A stretch of DNA of 64,000 nt from Nemertoderma westbladi (taxonomy: Eukaryota; Animalia; Xenacoelomorpha), in assembly GCA_032718475.1 (NCBI GenBank), contig JAUCBJ010008602.1:35976-99975 (forward strand), given 5' to 3'. Of the stretch, positions 24,565 through 37,919 are shown piece by piece (position 1 is the stretch's first letter; every line of letters starts with the position of its first letter). The notes below the pieces were generated by a model. That model searched no databases. It was given only the letters and a program-made list of their open reading frames with translations, and was not told the origin of the DNA. Position numbers and translations under genes: made by a program.

Positions 24565-27163
24565 ATGTCTGACACAAAACGGGCACTGTCAGATAGTCTT
24601 TTGGAAGGTGTTAGAATGAGTCTTAGACTTGGACAGTGTCTTGAAAGGATCTGTGACCAAGATCAAAGTATAGAACATCCCAGACCAAAGTCCAAGTCCC
24701 CTCCTACTGTAAGAAAGGTCATCCCTTCAGTAGTAGTGTCAGACCCTAGGCTAGTTAAGGCTAGACAATTAAAGAAACGGCAAACAGAAGACCGAAGGTC
24801 AGCGGCCGCGGCAGAATCTGAAAGGAAAGCGGCAGAGGCTGAAAGAATAGCAGCAGCTGCAGCGGCAGAAGCAGAAAGAAAAGCGGCAGCGGCAACGGCA
24901 ACGGCAGCGGCAGAGGCAGAAGCAGAAAGAAAGGTGGCAGCAGCAGAACGGAGGGCATCTGAAGAGACAGTCCAACTAGAGCTGGAAAACCTTCAGGCGA
25001 AACAAGAATATTTGAAGAAACAAAGGACAGCTATGGTTACAGCTCAGATACAATTACTGAGTCGATATACTCCCAGAAGACAGGGATTTGCCTCCTCCGA
25101 TGAAGGTGATATAAGAGATCCCGAAGGTAGAGGTAATAAATCTCGTCCAAGCGGACGTAGACGGACGTTCAAGCGGACGTTACCTCCTGCGTTGAGAGGG
25201 CAACTGGCTAGTTAGTGTAGACTTAGGTAATCCTGAATCCACAGACCATATTATTGGAGTAGACAGACTCCCTACTATAGTGGATAGTCCTGAAATAATT
25301 AGGCCTGTTTTCGAAGTCACCCCCTCTGTAATAGAGACACCTGTACTTCCAGATCCTAACTCTAAATCCCCTTTGCACAGTACTAAACTAACTATGCCCA
25401 GTAAAACAGCCCCTGAGTCAATCCCCGTCCTGGACGCCGATCGAGACATCAACGATTTATCGCCCGTTGTCCCTCGTCTGCCCGCTACTATGTTGGCGGC
25501 TCCCGCTTCGGCGGTAGAGTGGGTGGATGAGGTACAGCGGGAGATGGGTCTCCTGCTCGGGCAGCTGAGGGATCATTGTAAATGTTCCTCCCAGCAGGTC
25601 CGGGAGTTGGAAGGGACTGTTCAGCAGTTAAAGGGAGCAGTAAGAGAGGGTAGGTTAGCGTTGCAAGAAGTGCAGCAGAGTATCGCGTTAGAACGCGATA
25701 AATTAGTAAATATACAATTGGGTGTACCACCACCCCCTGTAACAATGTGTCAACCAGTTAGGTCTGAAGTATTTCATGCGCAAGGTGTGGAGCCTACACG
25801 CATCTATACTGCTAGTGAAGTAGAAACTCCTATAGTGAACCCTATTAAGTGTAATTATAAACCTGTTGATAATGATATTCCATATAGACCTGATCCTAAT
25901 CCGAGAAATTTATATACCGATAACTCGATATTAAATAATATGATGGCCCAAGAAAGTTTTACGCGTCAAATGCCTAGAACCGAAGCCCGTCAAGCGGTAA
26001 AGGTGGGAGAGATCATCAAGTTCAATGGAGATGAGATGAAATGGTTACCTTTTAATGAATATTATAAAGATAACATACAGAACTCTGTACTATCTAACGG
26101 AGAGAAACTTAGATTCCTCATCGAGTGCTTGGAAGGACCTCCCAAGTTAATGGCGTTAAGGTTTATTGGACATCCAGATGGATTAAGACAAGCTTGGGAT
26201 ACACTAAACATCAGGTATGGTAATAGGACTAACATAGCTAGGTATTTGTATGCGAAATTAATGGCGCCCCGAAAGTTCCTTAGCAGCGGGATTATAGAGT
26301 TTTCCGACGAGATTCAGGAGATCTGTAGACAACTAGATTGGTTAGGTAAGTCTCATGAATACCAGAATTCTATGGTTGTAGGAGCCTTAGCATCAACTTT
26401 GCCAAAGGGTGGAGTAGGTACTCGCTGGGACCAAAGAGTTCTATATTTGATGGACCAACAACATAGAGATCCAACCATGACGGACCTTCTGTCATTCTTA
26501 AACAGAGAGGTAAGATTACAACTCCTAAAACAGTCTCGAGAGAAGACTCCAGAAAATGAGGTAAGTGAAAAACCCGTTTCTAGGAGAAAGTGTTATACAG
26601 ACGACGGCGAAAGCCATACCTCCCACGAGGAGAACAGCGGGAAAGACACCGAAAGATCTTATTATGTCAACAAAACACCAAAGGACGTAAGTAAATTTAA
26701 GTCTCGAACCAGTGACAGGAGAGAACAGACAACAAAAACTCCTCCCACGTCTCCTAAGAGAATTCATGGAAGAAAGCCCGAGGAAAGAACAAGTGTGCAC
26801 AACACCACACAGGGTAAAGTAAGTAACATCAAGCCCAAATGTGTATTGTGCGACGGGCCACATTGCTTGAGTGGGTGTGATGAATTCCTGAAGAAATCCC
26901 TTAAGGATAGACATGATGTCATGTGGGATAAGCGGTTGTGTCATAATTGTTTCAGACGAGGACACCAACGGCGAACCTGTTACTCCGACGCGAGGTGTGC
27001 TAAGTGCGGCGCGAAACATCATATCTTGCTGCACACCGAATTCGAAAGAAACAGCCCGAGTCAGGTAAGTGAGCCCGAACTACATGTCCAATTCAGTGAT
27101 GTGAACGACACTGACCAAAGTTCTGAGATGGAAGGTTTCTACACGGATGAATTCTCCGACTGA
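24565..27163 (+). pseudogene. gag of copy 2 (N-terminal deletion, frameshifted)
   Basis: ORFs 24565-25215 and 25280-27163. Contains KFNGDEMKWLPF and three BEL-type knuckles (CVLCDGPHCLSGC, CHNCFRRGHQRRTC, CAKCGAKHHILLH). Confidence 0.9.
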
Positions 27164-28499
27164 AAACGAATCCTGTTATCTAATAAACACCGCAGTGTAT
27201 CGAGCACTTACGTATGAGACTGAAACCGATAGCGAGCTCCCCCTAACTATTCCGGACCGACAACCATCTCGGAAAGCGCCAACTTCCAACGTAGGAATCC
27301 GGGAATTTCCCGTAGTGCAGTTGAGAGTCCACGGGTTAAAAAAGAGCTATATAGTGAACGCCCTCCTTGACTCCGGCAGCACAGGAACATTCATCGACAA
27401 AGAACTAGCCGAAGACATCTTTGCTGGACAACCCAAGTTCCGAACTAAGTTGAACCTTTCAGGAATTATGCAGGTTTGGAAATCTACAGTAGCTACAGAC
27501 TACTATGTAGGCGCGTTGTCCATCCCCCAGGATGAACTAGGAGAACACAGTATAAGGTCAGTAAAAATGGTGGCGATAAAGAACTTTGCTACCAGCCAAG
27601 TGGAACCTTATAACTGGGATGAAGACGATTTCACCCAGCAGCATGAGATACCTAGATTCAACACCGACTACCCAGGGGTACAGATACTCATCGGCCAAAA
27701 TGCGCATGAGGCGCTTGAGACATTAGAGAAATGGCCTGCTCGACCGCAACCATTGCAAACCTATGCGGGAAGAACAAGAGTAGGTTGGTACTTCACTGGA
27801 CCTTCCTGTAGGACACTCATGGAAAGGCTACCCAAAGATCAGGTCCATCAGATGAGTGAATGGGAAGAAGACATCAGTGAGGGAGAGACAACCACAACTG
27901 AGGGAACACCATACTCCTCAGATAATGACGATATTAACTCTAATGTAGATCAATGGAGACATTGCCTTGGGACGATTAATCCAGCCGACATCGCTTCCAG
28001 AGGAGCAACTCCTCAAGAACTGATAGATACTCCAGACTGGTTAGGTGGACCCGACTTCCTAAGTAAAGAAGATGATGAATGGCCTCCTCATCTCACCACG
28101 GCTGAGATTAGACAAGCCAAGGGAGCGGAGAAAGTCAAACCTAAAACCCGGACGAGTAAATCAAAGTTATTTAAACCCGCGATTGATCTGTCTGTACTAC
28201 ACATTTCAGGGGACAACGCTGTGGGTCTAAACTCCCCCGCCGCAAATAACTCTGTTGTGGAAATCAGAGAAAGAGACTGGAAATCTGGAACACCAGACGT
28301 CTCGCAGGGACTCTCACCTCTCCTGCAGGGAGCGATAAACCACTATAGCTCCTGGAATCGGCTTTGTAAGGCCGTCGTGTATTTGAAGCGATGTTTCTAT
28401 CGTCACTATTCCAGGACGAAGAGGAAACCTGGAATTGTATTCGAAACACAACAACTCAATCGCCCAGTTGGTCGTTTATGTTTACTGGAAAGAGACTGA
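27147..28499 (+). pseudogene. Aspartic protease plus in-frame deleted pol of copy 2
   Basis: ALLDSGSTGTF motif. Junctions DNDDI|NSNV|DQWRHC and YSRTK|RKPGIVFETQQ. Separated from gag by a 1-nt insertion at about 27160. Confidence 0.9.
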
Positions 28500-30309
28500 G
28501 AACTGTCCAGAAACTATGGAAGGCAAGATACTTTTCCCACGACCACCTCCCTAATCCAACAAACATCTAGGGACTCCCCAACATAACAGCGTCTGGAGTG
28601 GGTGTGTGTCTATATTATTTTATATTTGTTTTTATTATTTTATATTTATGTATGTATTATTATGTAATTTTATTATAATCGTTTTCTTTAATTTTATTTA
28701 GTAGAATGTTATTTTAGCGATTATTTAGTAGATTAGTGCAATATATATTAGTGTTTATTACTTACTTACTTATATTATATTATATATTTAGTGGAACGGC
28801 GAGAAATAATTATTTTTCTCTTTCCTTACTGTCCGTATCATATTATAAATGCGTGACTACAGTAAGATGAAATATCCGTACTTATTAAAGTACAATAAAG
28901 CTCCTACTATACTCAAGTATTATTGGTAATTAGAGTATTATTAGGAATGCAAAGTTCAGATCCTCGTGTCTCAGCTAAACCAAGCTCTGGGTAGACCTTG
29001 GAAACGACTTGCCTCTTCTCACTGACATTGCTTCTTGCAATATTGCTCTCATACCGTATATTAAATAATACATATAGTAGCGTGATGTCCCTTTAACAGT
29101 CGCGTACAACGCAAATAAATCTGTTAAACCCTTTGACCATCTGTAATTCTAGTCGATTAAGATATCGTGGCACCCACCAATATACTTGAAAGACAAAATT
29201 CTAGAATCAGTGGTTAACGTCCCCAGACAAGGTCTGGAATAAATCGGTGCCCATCTTAAATATTAACTATTTAATATTTATAAAAATCTATTAAAACAAA
29301 TATAATAGAGTAAATGCCGACAAATAAACTCTGAGGAGTTTGTAAACCAAGAAAATCTAAAATCTATTAAAATTCAGATCCTTTAAAATTCTAGTCGATT
29401 AAGATATCGTAGCACTTACCGATACTCTTAAAAAGACAAATTTCCCAGAACTTAGGATCCTAGTTTCCAGACATGCTCTGGAATAAAATTGTGTCTATTT
29501 AATATTAAATAATAAAATTTACGGGAATAAATTTAAATTCATATCCTCTCATGAATTTGATAAATTGTCATTTTATGCAATTTATAACATTCCCAAAATT
29601 CCCTTAATTAATAGATCATGGGAGCGGAGATTCACCCTATTAAGTGTATTAGTGTGCAAGAATCTCCAATATATAGTCAATAGCCGATAAAATTCATAAA
29701 ATCATGTATAAAGGGAAATATTGACAATTAAAGAATTACTATTAAATAGCATCCCAGATCTGTATGCATGAGAATTACGCTAATTCTACCGCTAGCTTTC
29801 CATAATGTCACCATAGCAGCAACCACTCTAGAATTAGAAGCGAGTTTAAAGAGCAATAGAAAGCTTGCCCCATTGAATAGCATACGGAATAAATAGCACA
29901 CTGATGGTATCCAGGGATACATAATAATAACGTGGCATTCTGGAAGGCATTTGACTAACGGACAAATGGCCCGAATGTGTACAATTTGTGACAGTTGTGT
30001 GGAATTTGTGCGTTTATAGGTGAATGTTACTACTAAAGTGTGTTTACAGTAGCGAGTCGCAGTTGTGAAAGTAGCCCTACCTCCGCAGTAAGAACCTGAA
30101 GTAAATCTAAGCCCTTGGGACGGACAGTGGAGTGGCTCGCACTGGTTGTTGTTGTCGTGGTGTAGCTACTATGTTGGCGATAGACACAGCTGCGACAGTA
30201 CATCAGCGCTGAGGAGCTTGCGCTGTCCGGGGGCATTGAGGGGGAGGCAGCAACGACCGCTAGCCTAAATTATAATTAATTATAATATCGATAAACTCAT
30301 ATAGCAGCT

Positions 30310-31840
30310 ATGACTGAGTTGATAGAAGATGATCTTGGTATCAGGGAGCGATATACCATACCATTGCAAGCATTTGTTGATAGTTTAATACGCGGCGATG
30401 CTAGTCCACCCACTACGGAGGACGATGGCCGTTATATCGAACCGCCAATGTCAAAGGAACAACTCACGCGTGAATTGGACTATAGAAAATTCACCGCTCG
30501 CTATACGCATCGTAATGGTACGTATATGAACTTCTTAACTACTGGCCATCCTATCGATTTACACGATATGGACGATGTGGACACCGAAATGGAAATGATC
30601 CTATTTAAATATCATACCCAGTGGAGTCGGAACAATAAACTGAGAATCGAACACGAAAATTCTATTCGAAACCTACTCGAAAGAGTAGACGTTAAAGAAC
30701 CGGATAAACGCAGTGACTTAACGTATATTTGGAATTCTTGAGAGAGACGTTGTAAAACTGGAGAAAGATCACCAGCGTTTCCCCTACAGGACGTGCGTCT
30801 TTGGTATTATTACGATGAATGCCCTAGACCCAACCAACAAACGGAAAGACAAACATTCGCGGAGAAGTTGCGCTAAACACAGTTTTACTCGCTATATTTA
30901 CGGGAGTTTCGAGCGAAACTTGTTCGATGTATCACCTACGCTCGCTCGACTCAAACGATCCTTAAATAAACCCATGATCAGAGTTCCGGAATACTCAGTC
31001 AGACCTCCTCATTCCCTGGTGAGACCTCAGATTCTTGATCCTAATAGTATCACGGATCCTCCCAAGCTTACTCACTGTTCAAAGATCTAGTGTTACCCGA
31101 ACAATTAGTCGGTGGCACTCCGGTTGCGGGCTCCCTAGATATTCGCCCATCTTACCTAGCCGGATTGGGATGCGGGCGGACACCTAATATCGCCATTCAA
31201 CCGTATAATCGTCCCTGTTTAACCCGATATAATCTGTCACCGAGGTGGAGGAGAGAGTTATACGAAACGCGTTGGATACTATTTGTCAAAAGATCGGAAA
31301 AGGAACCTACGATTGTTCAGAGAAACGTAAATTGCAGCAGCAAGTCCAAGCGGTAAACGAATTAGCTTTATCTCAGTTCGATCGGGAAACCCAGAATCTC
31401 TAAGAAGATATCAAACTCGGACGACTCTACTTTCTGCAAGAGTTTTGGACGAATGCTTTCAACGACAAGCGGAGGAAAATCAGCTCGAGGAGAAGCATAA
31501 ACGCGAGTTGGAATGAATCATCAAACCGAGGAAATTTCTCACTACACACGGTCCACCTACCGCTTTCGTGCAAACGACCCGTCAGGGACCAGTAAGAGCT
31601 GCTGTCTTAAAACGCGCTCTCAAGGTTGTTCGACCTCGTTCTACTGAGGTTGATACCGATCAACTGGGTACCTCGACCGGCGGATACACCGACTGTAACC
31701 CTAAACCTTCTGATGCAATTGTATTGCACCCTTCACCCAGGAGTTATAGCCCTCCTAGTAAAGTGGCTCGCCCCAAATAGAAAAGGACTCTTGCTAGCCT
31801 CAAAAAACTGCGTAAACGCCGTTCGCGTAAGAAGGACTAA
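30310..31840 (+). pseudogene. Accessory ORF-A (30310-30965) and ORF-B (30974-31840) of copy 2, degenerate
   Basis: Homologous to the copy 1 and copy 3 cassettes. This copy keeps the longest ORF-B, including a Q/E-rich coiled-coil-like segment. Confidence 0.7.
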
Positions 31841-31918
31841 CTGTTTAGAGTATTTTTATATTTTAGAAACTGTGATTTTTTATATTTTATAGAATTAAAT
31901 CCCATTTTCTGGGAGCGG

Positions 31919-33114
31919 TGTAAAAGCTTTTGCGGATATAACAAGCCATTTTTCTCTGCAATATACTGTGTAGGTGTTTTAGCGGACATAACAAGCCATT
32001 TTTACCCGCTATGTCTGCATGTGTGCTTTAGCGGACATAACAAGCCATTTTCTCCGCAATTCGCTTAATACTCTAAAAGATGACTCAGATGACGCAATCT
32101 GTCAGCTGATTTACTGCCAATGCGGAACCTGAATCTCTCTTTGTTCTTTGTTCGGCTCAGCCAATCAGAGCGATTTTCGCTTTGTGTTGGACAGTGCCTA
32201 CAGAAACCCACGCAATTCAGTCAGTGTGTATCTTTTCTAAGCCCAGAACACCGGCTTAGGATTCTTCTGTACTTCTGTGGAAGTTTCAGACTTTGACCTA
32301 AACATCAGAAACATCAGATGGCTTTGATTAAAAGAACGTAAAACTATTAACAATTCAACTACTGAATCATTGCTGAATCATACTTCATATCTGAATCACC
32401 AAATCGTGGCACTATGCAACGCGATTCAACTACACATACTGACTGTTCACCGCATTATTTGATTCTGTTATTAATTGGTGTTATGTTGGTATATATTGCT
32501 GATATATTTGGAGAATACCGATGAATAATCATAAAACCCTCAATCTCTTTGATTACTAAAGGGTAGAGGAACAGGTTTACCAGTAGCAACTGCGACTTAC
32601 ATTATAGTGGTTTTGTGTGAATTGAATGCTATTTCATAATCCCTACATGTGTCAGTTGCGATCCTCCTTATATATGATCAAATTCAGTGACGGTCGGCAG
32701 ATCAATGCGCAGTAGTGTGAAGTAGTGTGAAGTCGTGTGAAGTAGTGTGAAGGTTAATAAAGCATCTCCTAAAGAATGCGCTTTTTACGAAACTCAGTAG
32801 CCACCCAGTTGTGATTAGTATAAGTCATAACTCTGTTTTATACTTAAAGCGCCACGTCCTAAAGGAACTGTTAATATTTCCCCGAAAGTAAATATATTGT
32901 CAGAGATTATATATTAACGATCAATCGAATAATACAGTAGGTCTACACTGCAATCACTATCAAAGCATCCGAATCCAGTCTCCCTTAACTCTGGGTGAAT
33001 GGTCGCGCACAGGCTGGCTTCGGCTGATGTAACTTCAGTACATTAAATAATTGATATACAAAAAGACAATTAAAATTGGCAGGTTAAACTGCTAAAGGTC
33101 TAAAAGCGCGAACA
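31919..33114 (+). repeat. 3' LTR of copy 2 (diverged variant)
   Basis: TGTAAAAGC...GCGCGAACA, preceded by GGGAGCGG. Confidence 0.9.
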
Positions 33115-33389
33115 CTAGTACACAAGGACATAGTAGTCCAGTAGAAGGAATAGTGCTCCTTCAATACATCTCAACAGACATCAATTCATTTGCCTGTGCC
33201 TACCAACCGGTGCTCCATAACATAACATATATTCTTGATTTCCATCACCTCTCACCACAATTATTATTAGTAATTAAAAGTTTCAATTCGGTTTGTCGTT
33301 CCGTTATCTGGTTATTCAGTTATTGCATTATTAATAAATAAATGTTTTAAAATATATCTTACGAAATATGGTTAATCATTAAAACTTGT

Positions 33390-33932
33390 CACTAACATTC
33401 TCGCTTTGGGGGTTTTAAAGAGTGTTGATTACATTTCTGATGTCAGTTTTCACGTTTACATAAATCTAGTCTGTCTGTCTGTCGGTCTCTCTGTCAGTCA
33501 GTCTGTCAAAACATAAAAGAGAATTTAAATTAACTAACATTCTCGCTATGGGGGTTTTAAGGGGTGCTGATTTCACTTCTGATGTCAGTTTTCAGGTTTA
33601 CATAAATCTAGTCTGTCTGTTTGTCGGTCTTTCTGTCAGTCAGTCAGTCTGTCAAAACTTAAAAAAGAATACAAACTAACTAACATTCTCGTTATGGGGG
33701 TTTTAATGGGTGCTAATTTTATTTCAGATGTCAGTTTTCACGTTTAAAAAAATCTATAGTCTGTCTGGCTGTCGGTCTTTCTGTCAGTCTGTCTGTGAAA
33801 ACTTAAGAAAGTATACTAACTAACCAACATTCTCGCTATGGGGGTTTTAAGGGTTGCTGATTTCATTTTTGATGTCAGTTTACACGTTTACATAAATCTA
33901 GTCTGTCTGTCTGTCGGTATCTCTGTCAGTCT
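33390..33932 (+). repeat. About 145-bp tandem repeat x4 with (CTGT)n microsatellite
   Basis: Unit starts CTAACATTCTCGCTATGGGGGTTTTAAG. It resembles the internal repeats of Helentron-associated elements (inference). Confidence 0.85.
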
Positions 33933-35382
33933 GAACTACTGTACTGTGGTTGGCATTATGCCATATACATAACACACCGCATAATACAGTCTACAATACA
34001 GCCTATCTACAGTACAGAATGGATTTTTTGCCACGAATATCAATAAATGTCATTAATACTATACTATCCACCAGTATACCTTCTCCAAGAGCCTTCCAAT
34101 AAAACATGTATTCCAGCATGAAAGCTGTCCATTGTGACGTGCAGTGGACGTCATAGGCTCTAAGGGGTTAAGCAACACGGTCCCTATTTCGCCTTGTCGA
34201 CACCCCAGCTATTTTTCACCAATCCTTTTTTTAGATTTTTTTAATTTTTTTGGTATTGGTGAAAGTTCTACAACATTAGTAGATATGTTTTTTATGATAA
34301 CTAGTGTTTTTTTGCAGCTAGTATTTTTTGAAATTATAAAAAATGTGAAAGTCCATGATATTTCAGGTTAAACTGTTGAAGAATATATTAATGACCAAAA
34401 TAATTTCCAAAAATTACTAGCTAGTAAAAAATACTATAGCTATATACCATAAAAAATCTACTAAGGTTCTAGAACATTCACTAATATAAAAAAGCACTCA
34501 AAATCACAAAAAAATAAAGGTTAAAAAACTCATTCGGGACTCTTTAGCTTAAGGAGTCAAAATTGTAGAAAAAATTCCCGAAGTTTGCCACGTTTGCGAA
34601 ATTCGCGAAGAATCCGTCAGTTTCTGTGCCCTAATGGTTTCGTGACGAAACAATAAAATCTTACACACTTAACACACACGAACTAATTTTATGTGTGTAT
34701 TAGTATGCCTGAATAATTAAATAGAAATTGAATTAATGAACGCTATTTCAACATGAAATCTACGGAATCAATACACAACACACGCACACTACTGAATTTA
34801 AAAATTTATATAGATTGCAACTTATATTTGGCTACCTTTTAATGGGTGACTGATTTAATTATTCACCCCTATATATTTGTAGCTTTTTTAATTTGTGCCT
34901 CTAATTGAATCAAACATTAAACTAAAATATATGTCACAATATTGGTCTGTCGGTAGCTAATCAATGAATCTCTCATAAATTTGTTAATTAATTTGCTCAG
35001 TCATTGAACATTTGAACACGTGCTGCTCGAAGACCCCACAACGTGTTAAAGCTTACGTGTGCCCAGGGCCTAAACGGTTTGTTACCTTTAAATGTTATTA
35101 AAAGGGTATCATAACTTCCTGGTGCTCAATTGTTATTTGCGTCATCGAAACTCATAGATATTTCTTCCATTTTCAGTGAATACCAAACAAAGCATTGTAC
35201 TATTCCTCCTGCTCTCAGAGGGAATGCTACCAGTGTTCTAAGTGGAACAGTTACAGTATTGGTAGATCGAACCAAATCAACACTTTTAACTATCAATTAA
35301 AAGGTAATCAAGAACAGTTTACATTGAGTTATAATAGCCCAAATAACAATTACCCAGTATCGTTTATTTATGAATTTATCAA

Positions 35383-37590
35383 TCAGATATACATAATAAT
35401 CTCAACAGTTTTCTCTAATTTCGCCTTTTCGTTCTTCAAGTCATTGATTCTGTTTAATATGGCATCATCAGGTTTGAATAGAAGTGCGATATCTTCACTT
35501 TTCATGCTATCCCGTACATCAGATAGCAATTCGTTCTTATCACAAATATATTCCTTCGTCTTTTGGATGAGGCAGTACATAATATACTTGCGTCCAAGAT
35601 CATTAAAAGTAGTCGCCGATATCTTCATGTAAGCCATAACGAAATCCTCAACAAATGTAACTTGGTCATCTATCTCGACAGGAATTGCTAAAGCTTTGCC
35701 AGGTCTATCATTAGTACATAAGGACATTTGAAATTTCCTCATGAAGCCATGGGCTAGCCCAACTTCTTCCGTGGCTACACTACTAGGACCAGTAATGCAA
35801 GCTGCAACTGCTTCATAATTATCCATTTTTAAGCTCCTGACATCCTCAGAATTCATATAATCTGGTGTCTCTGAATTTACATCAATTTCTTTCTTCTTTT
35901 TCTCTCCAGCAACATAACACTGGCCAGTACTACCATCTGCAATGCTTTCATTTTCTTGCACAGTTAAGCCACTGGTATTCTCAGCATTGATGTCACCGTG
36001 TGTTTCTAGACCTCTTACACTGCATTCTTCAGGATTAGCCAAATCAGCTCTGTATATCGTTTTACCATCGTTACAATCTACATAGGCATCATCACTCAAA
36101 TAACCATATTCATGGCTATCGGCTATTTCCTTGTCATATTTATTTGCTTCAGAAAAAATTCTTTGTGTATCAGAACCTTCATTCTGTATTGAGGATACCC
36201 CTTCAATGTAATTTAAATATTCTTTGAAATGTGGGTGTTTTGTGTTGATAAAATGTTTCTGAGCTTCTATCATTTGCACAATAGCATTTTCAGTAACATT
36301 TTTGTTCTCTAAGACATGCGAAATAAGAAGAGGTTGAAGTTTTTTCATTAATCTTGGATATTTTCCAAGGTATATCTCAGCTGTGTTATCTAATTCCATT
36401 TGTAAGATACTTGATATCCTGCCAATGAGATCCTTGAATGGTCTCTTAAACCTCTCTGTCAGTTGCTTCACTGCTTTTCTAATTGGAATATTATCAAGTA
36501 ACACGCTGTAGTTTACACCTGTGGAATTGATGATGGTTAATTTTATCTCATTGCGAAATGCATTGCGATCAGTGGGACGGGACTCATGCATCACTTGTGC
36601 AACTCCAATGTCCAGCTTCTCCTTGATTTTATGACCCCCCAGTATTCCCTTATGACATGACTCTGCTTCATTTCCATATAACATCATTTTTACCTCATCT
36701 TCAAATTTTTTTATTAGTTGATTCAGGAGTCTTTCACTTAGCCTTTCATTCATGTTGGTCTCATACCCCAAATCCTTAAGTTGGGTTTGAATTTTTTCAA
36801 TACCATCATTTAAGGATGTCATAATTCCTGGTAGCTTGTCTTTAAGTATCTTTCCTAGTTCTTTGCACAATATTTTGATAAGGTATGTGCTACCACAAAT
36901 GCTGCGAATGCAACGAAATTGAGTGTTCTCCTCGAACCATTTACATTCTTCTTCCAGACCTTCTCTTGGAGTCAGACCGGCATCAAGCTGTTCCTGTGTC
37001 CTATTTTTGACCGCAATGTATCCTTTTTTCAGTTTCAAAATGTCATTATTGTTCTGAAGAATATCAATAAGATTTTTAAGCTCTGTTTCCCCATTTCTCG
37101 TATCTGGCTTTGTTATAACTCCAATTGTCCTTTTTCCTTCTTTGTCCACCTGACGGGCTATCCTAATGGCTTTGGATGTCTGAATGTCCATTGATGCTGA
37201 AGCCGCAGCTAGTATTAATGTGTTGGGTTTACATATGTGTTGCATTACCAACTCTTCAATGGCGATGGAGATATCACGGGGTACCTCAAGAAATCCAGGA
37301 AGATCAACCAGCTCTAAGTCAGGTACATCGGCTGAGAAAACTTTTAAAACAATTGGAACATTACTGACCATGTTGTTGTTGGCAGTTCTTTGTTTTGTTC
37401 TTATGGAAATCTCATTCATTACTTCACGCCAATCCGGATTTTCAAATCGTTTATCAGATGTTTCCCATCTGTCTGCACGAAACTCTGCTACATCATTACC
37501 CCCAGTGGGCTTATGAACTAGTGACAGCACAAGTGGACACCTGGTTACCATGCCATGTCCTCGAGGCAAAAAGTCCCTCCTTACAATTGC
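35383..37590 (-). CDS. Dynamin-superfamily GTPase (Mx/Drp-like), large terminal exon; the G1 P-loop exon is upstream and not found
   Basis: Acceptor TTTTAG|GCA at 37591/37590 gives AIVRRDFLPRGHGMVTRCPL (G2). Then DLPG (G3), TKPD (G4), LKKGYIAVKNR, stalk FINTKHPHF and a C-terminal GED-like helix. The exon is 735 codons plus stop, with no internal stop. Confidence 0.92.
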   Translation of the reverse strand, partial: AIVRRDFLPRGHGMVTRCPLVLSLVHKPTGGNDVAEFRADRWETSDKRFENPDWREVMNEISIRTKQRTANNNMVSNVPIVLKVFSADVPDLELVDLPGFLEVPRDISIAIEELVMQHICKPNTLILAAASASMDIQTSKAIRIARQVDKEGKRTIGVITKPDTRNGETELKNLIDILQNNNDILKLKKGYIAVKNRTQEQLDAGLTPREGLEEECKWFEENTQFRCIRSICGSTYLIKILCKELGKILKDKLPGIMTSLNDGIEKIQTQLKDLGYETNMNERLSERLLNQLIKKFEDEVKMMLYGNEAESCHKGILGGHKIKEKLDIGVAQVMHESRPTDRNAFRNEIKLTIINSTGVNYSVLLDNIPIRKAVKQLTERFKRPFKDLIGRISSILQMELDNTAEIYLGKYPRLMKKLQPLLISHVLENKNVTENAIVQMIEAQKHFINTKHPHFKEYLNYIEGVSSIQNEGSDTQRIFSEANKYDKEIADSHEYGYLSDDAYVDCNDGKTIYRADLANPEECSVRGLETHGDINAENTSGLTVQENESIADGSTGQCYVAGEKKKKEIDVNSETPDYMNSEDVRSLKMDNYEAVAACITGPSSVATEEVGLAHGFMRKFQMSLCTNDRPGKALAIPVEIDDQVTFVEDFVMAYMKISATTFNDLGRKYIMYCLIQKTKEYICDKNELLSDVRDSMKSEDIALLFKPDDAILNRINDLKNEKAKLEKTVEIIMYI

Positions 37591-37919
37591 CTAAAACATA
37601 GAATGTAAACAAACATTAAGAGTTGATATATTTTACAGGGAACATTAAGAGTTTCTTAACTAATTATTTTAAAGTGAACAGAAAGAGTGAATTGACTGTT
37701 TTACAGTGAACATTAAGAGTCGTGATAACTATTTCACTGGGCCCAAGTGAAGTATACTATACATTCTGCTGTTATGCTGTTATATTTTACTTTGTTGTTT
37801 AACCCCATGTGAAGAATACCAGGTTTTCACTAAAACTCTGGTTACATAAAAGGACTAAATCTATCCAAAATAATGTAATAAACGAATAAGTACAGTACGA
37901 GTAGTACAGTAGACCCCCT

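Larger units (their letters stand above)
23611..33114 (+). mobile_element. BEL/Pao copy 2: 5' LTR lost; RT, RNase H core and integrase core deleted
   Basis: The leader from about 23616 matches about 39897 onward. It contains gag, protease, the accessory cassette and a 3' LTR. Confidence 0.92.
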
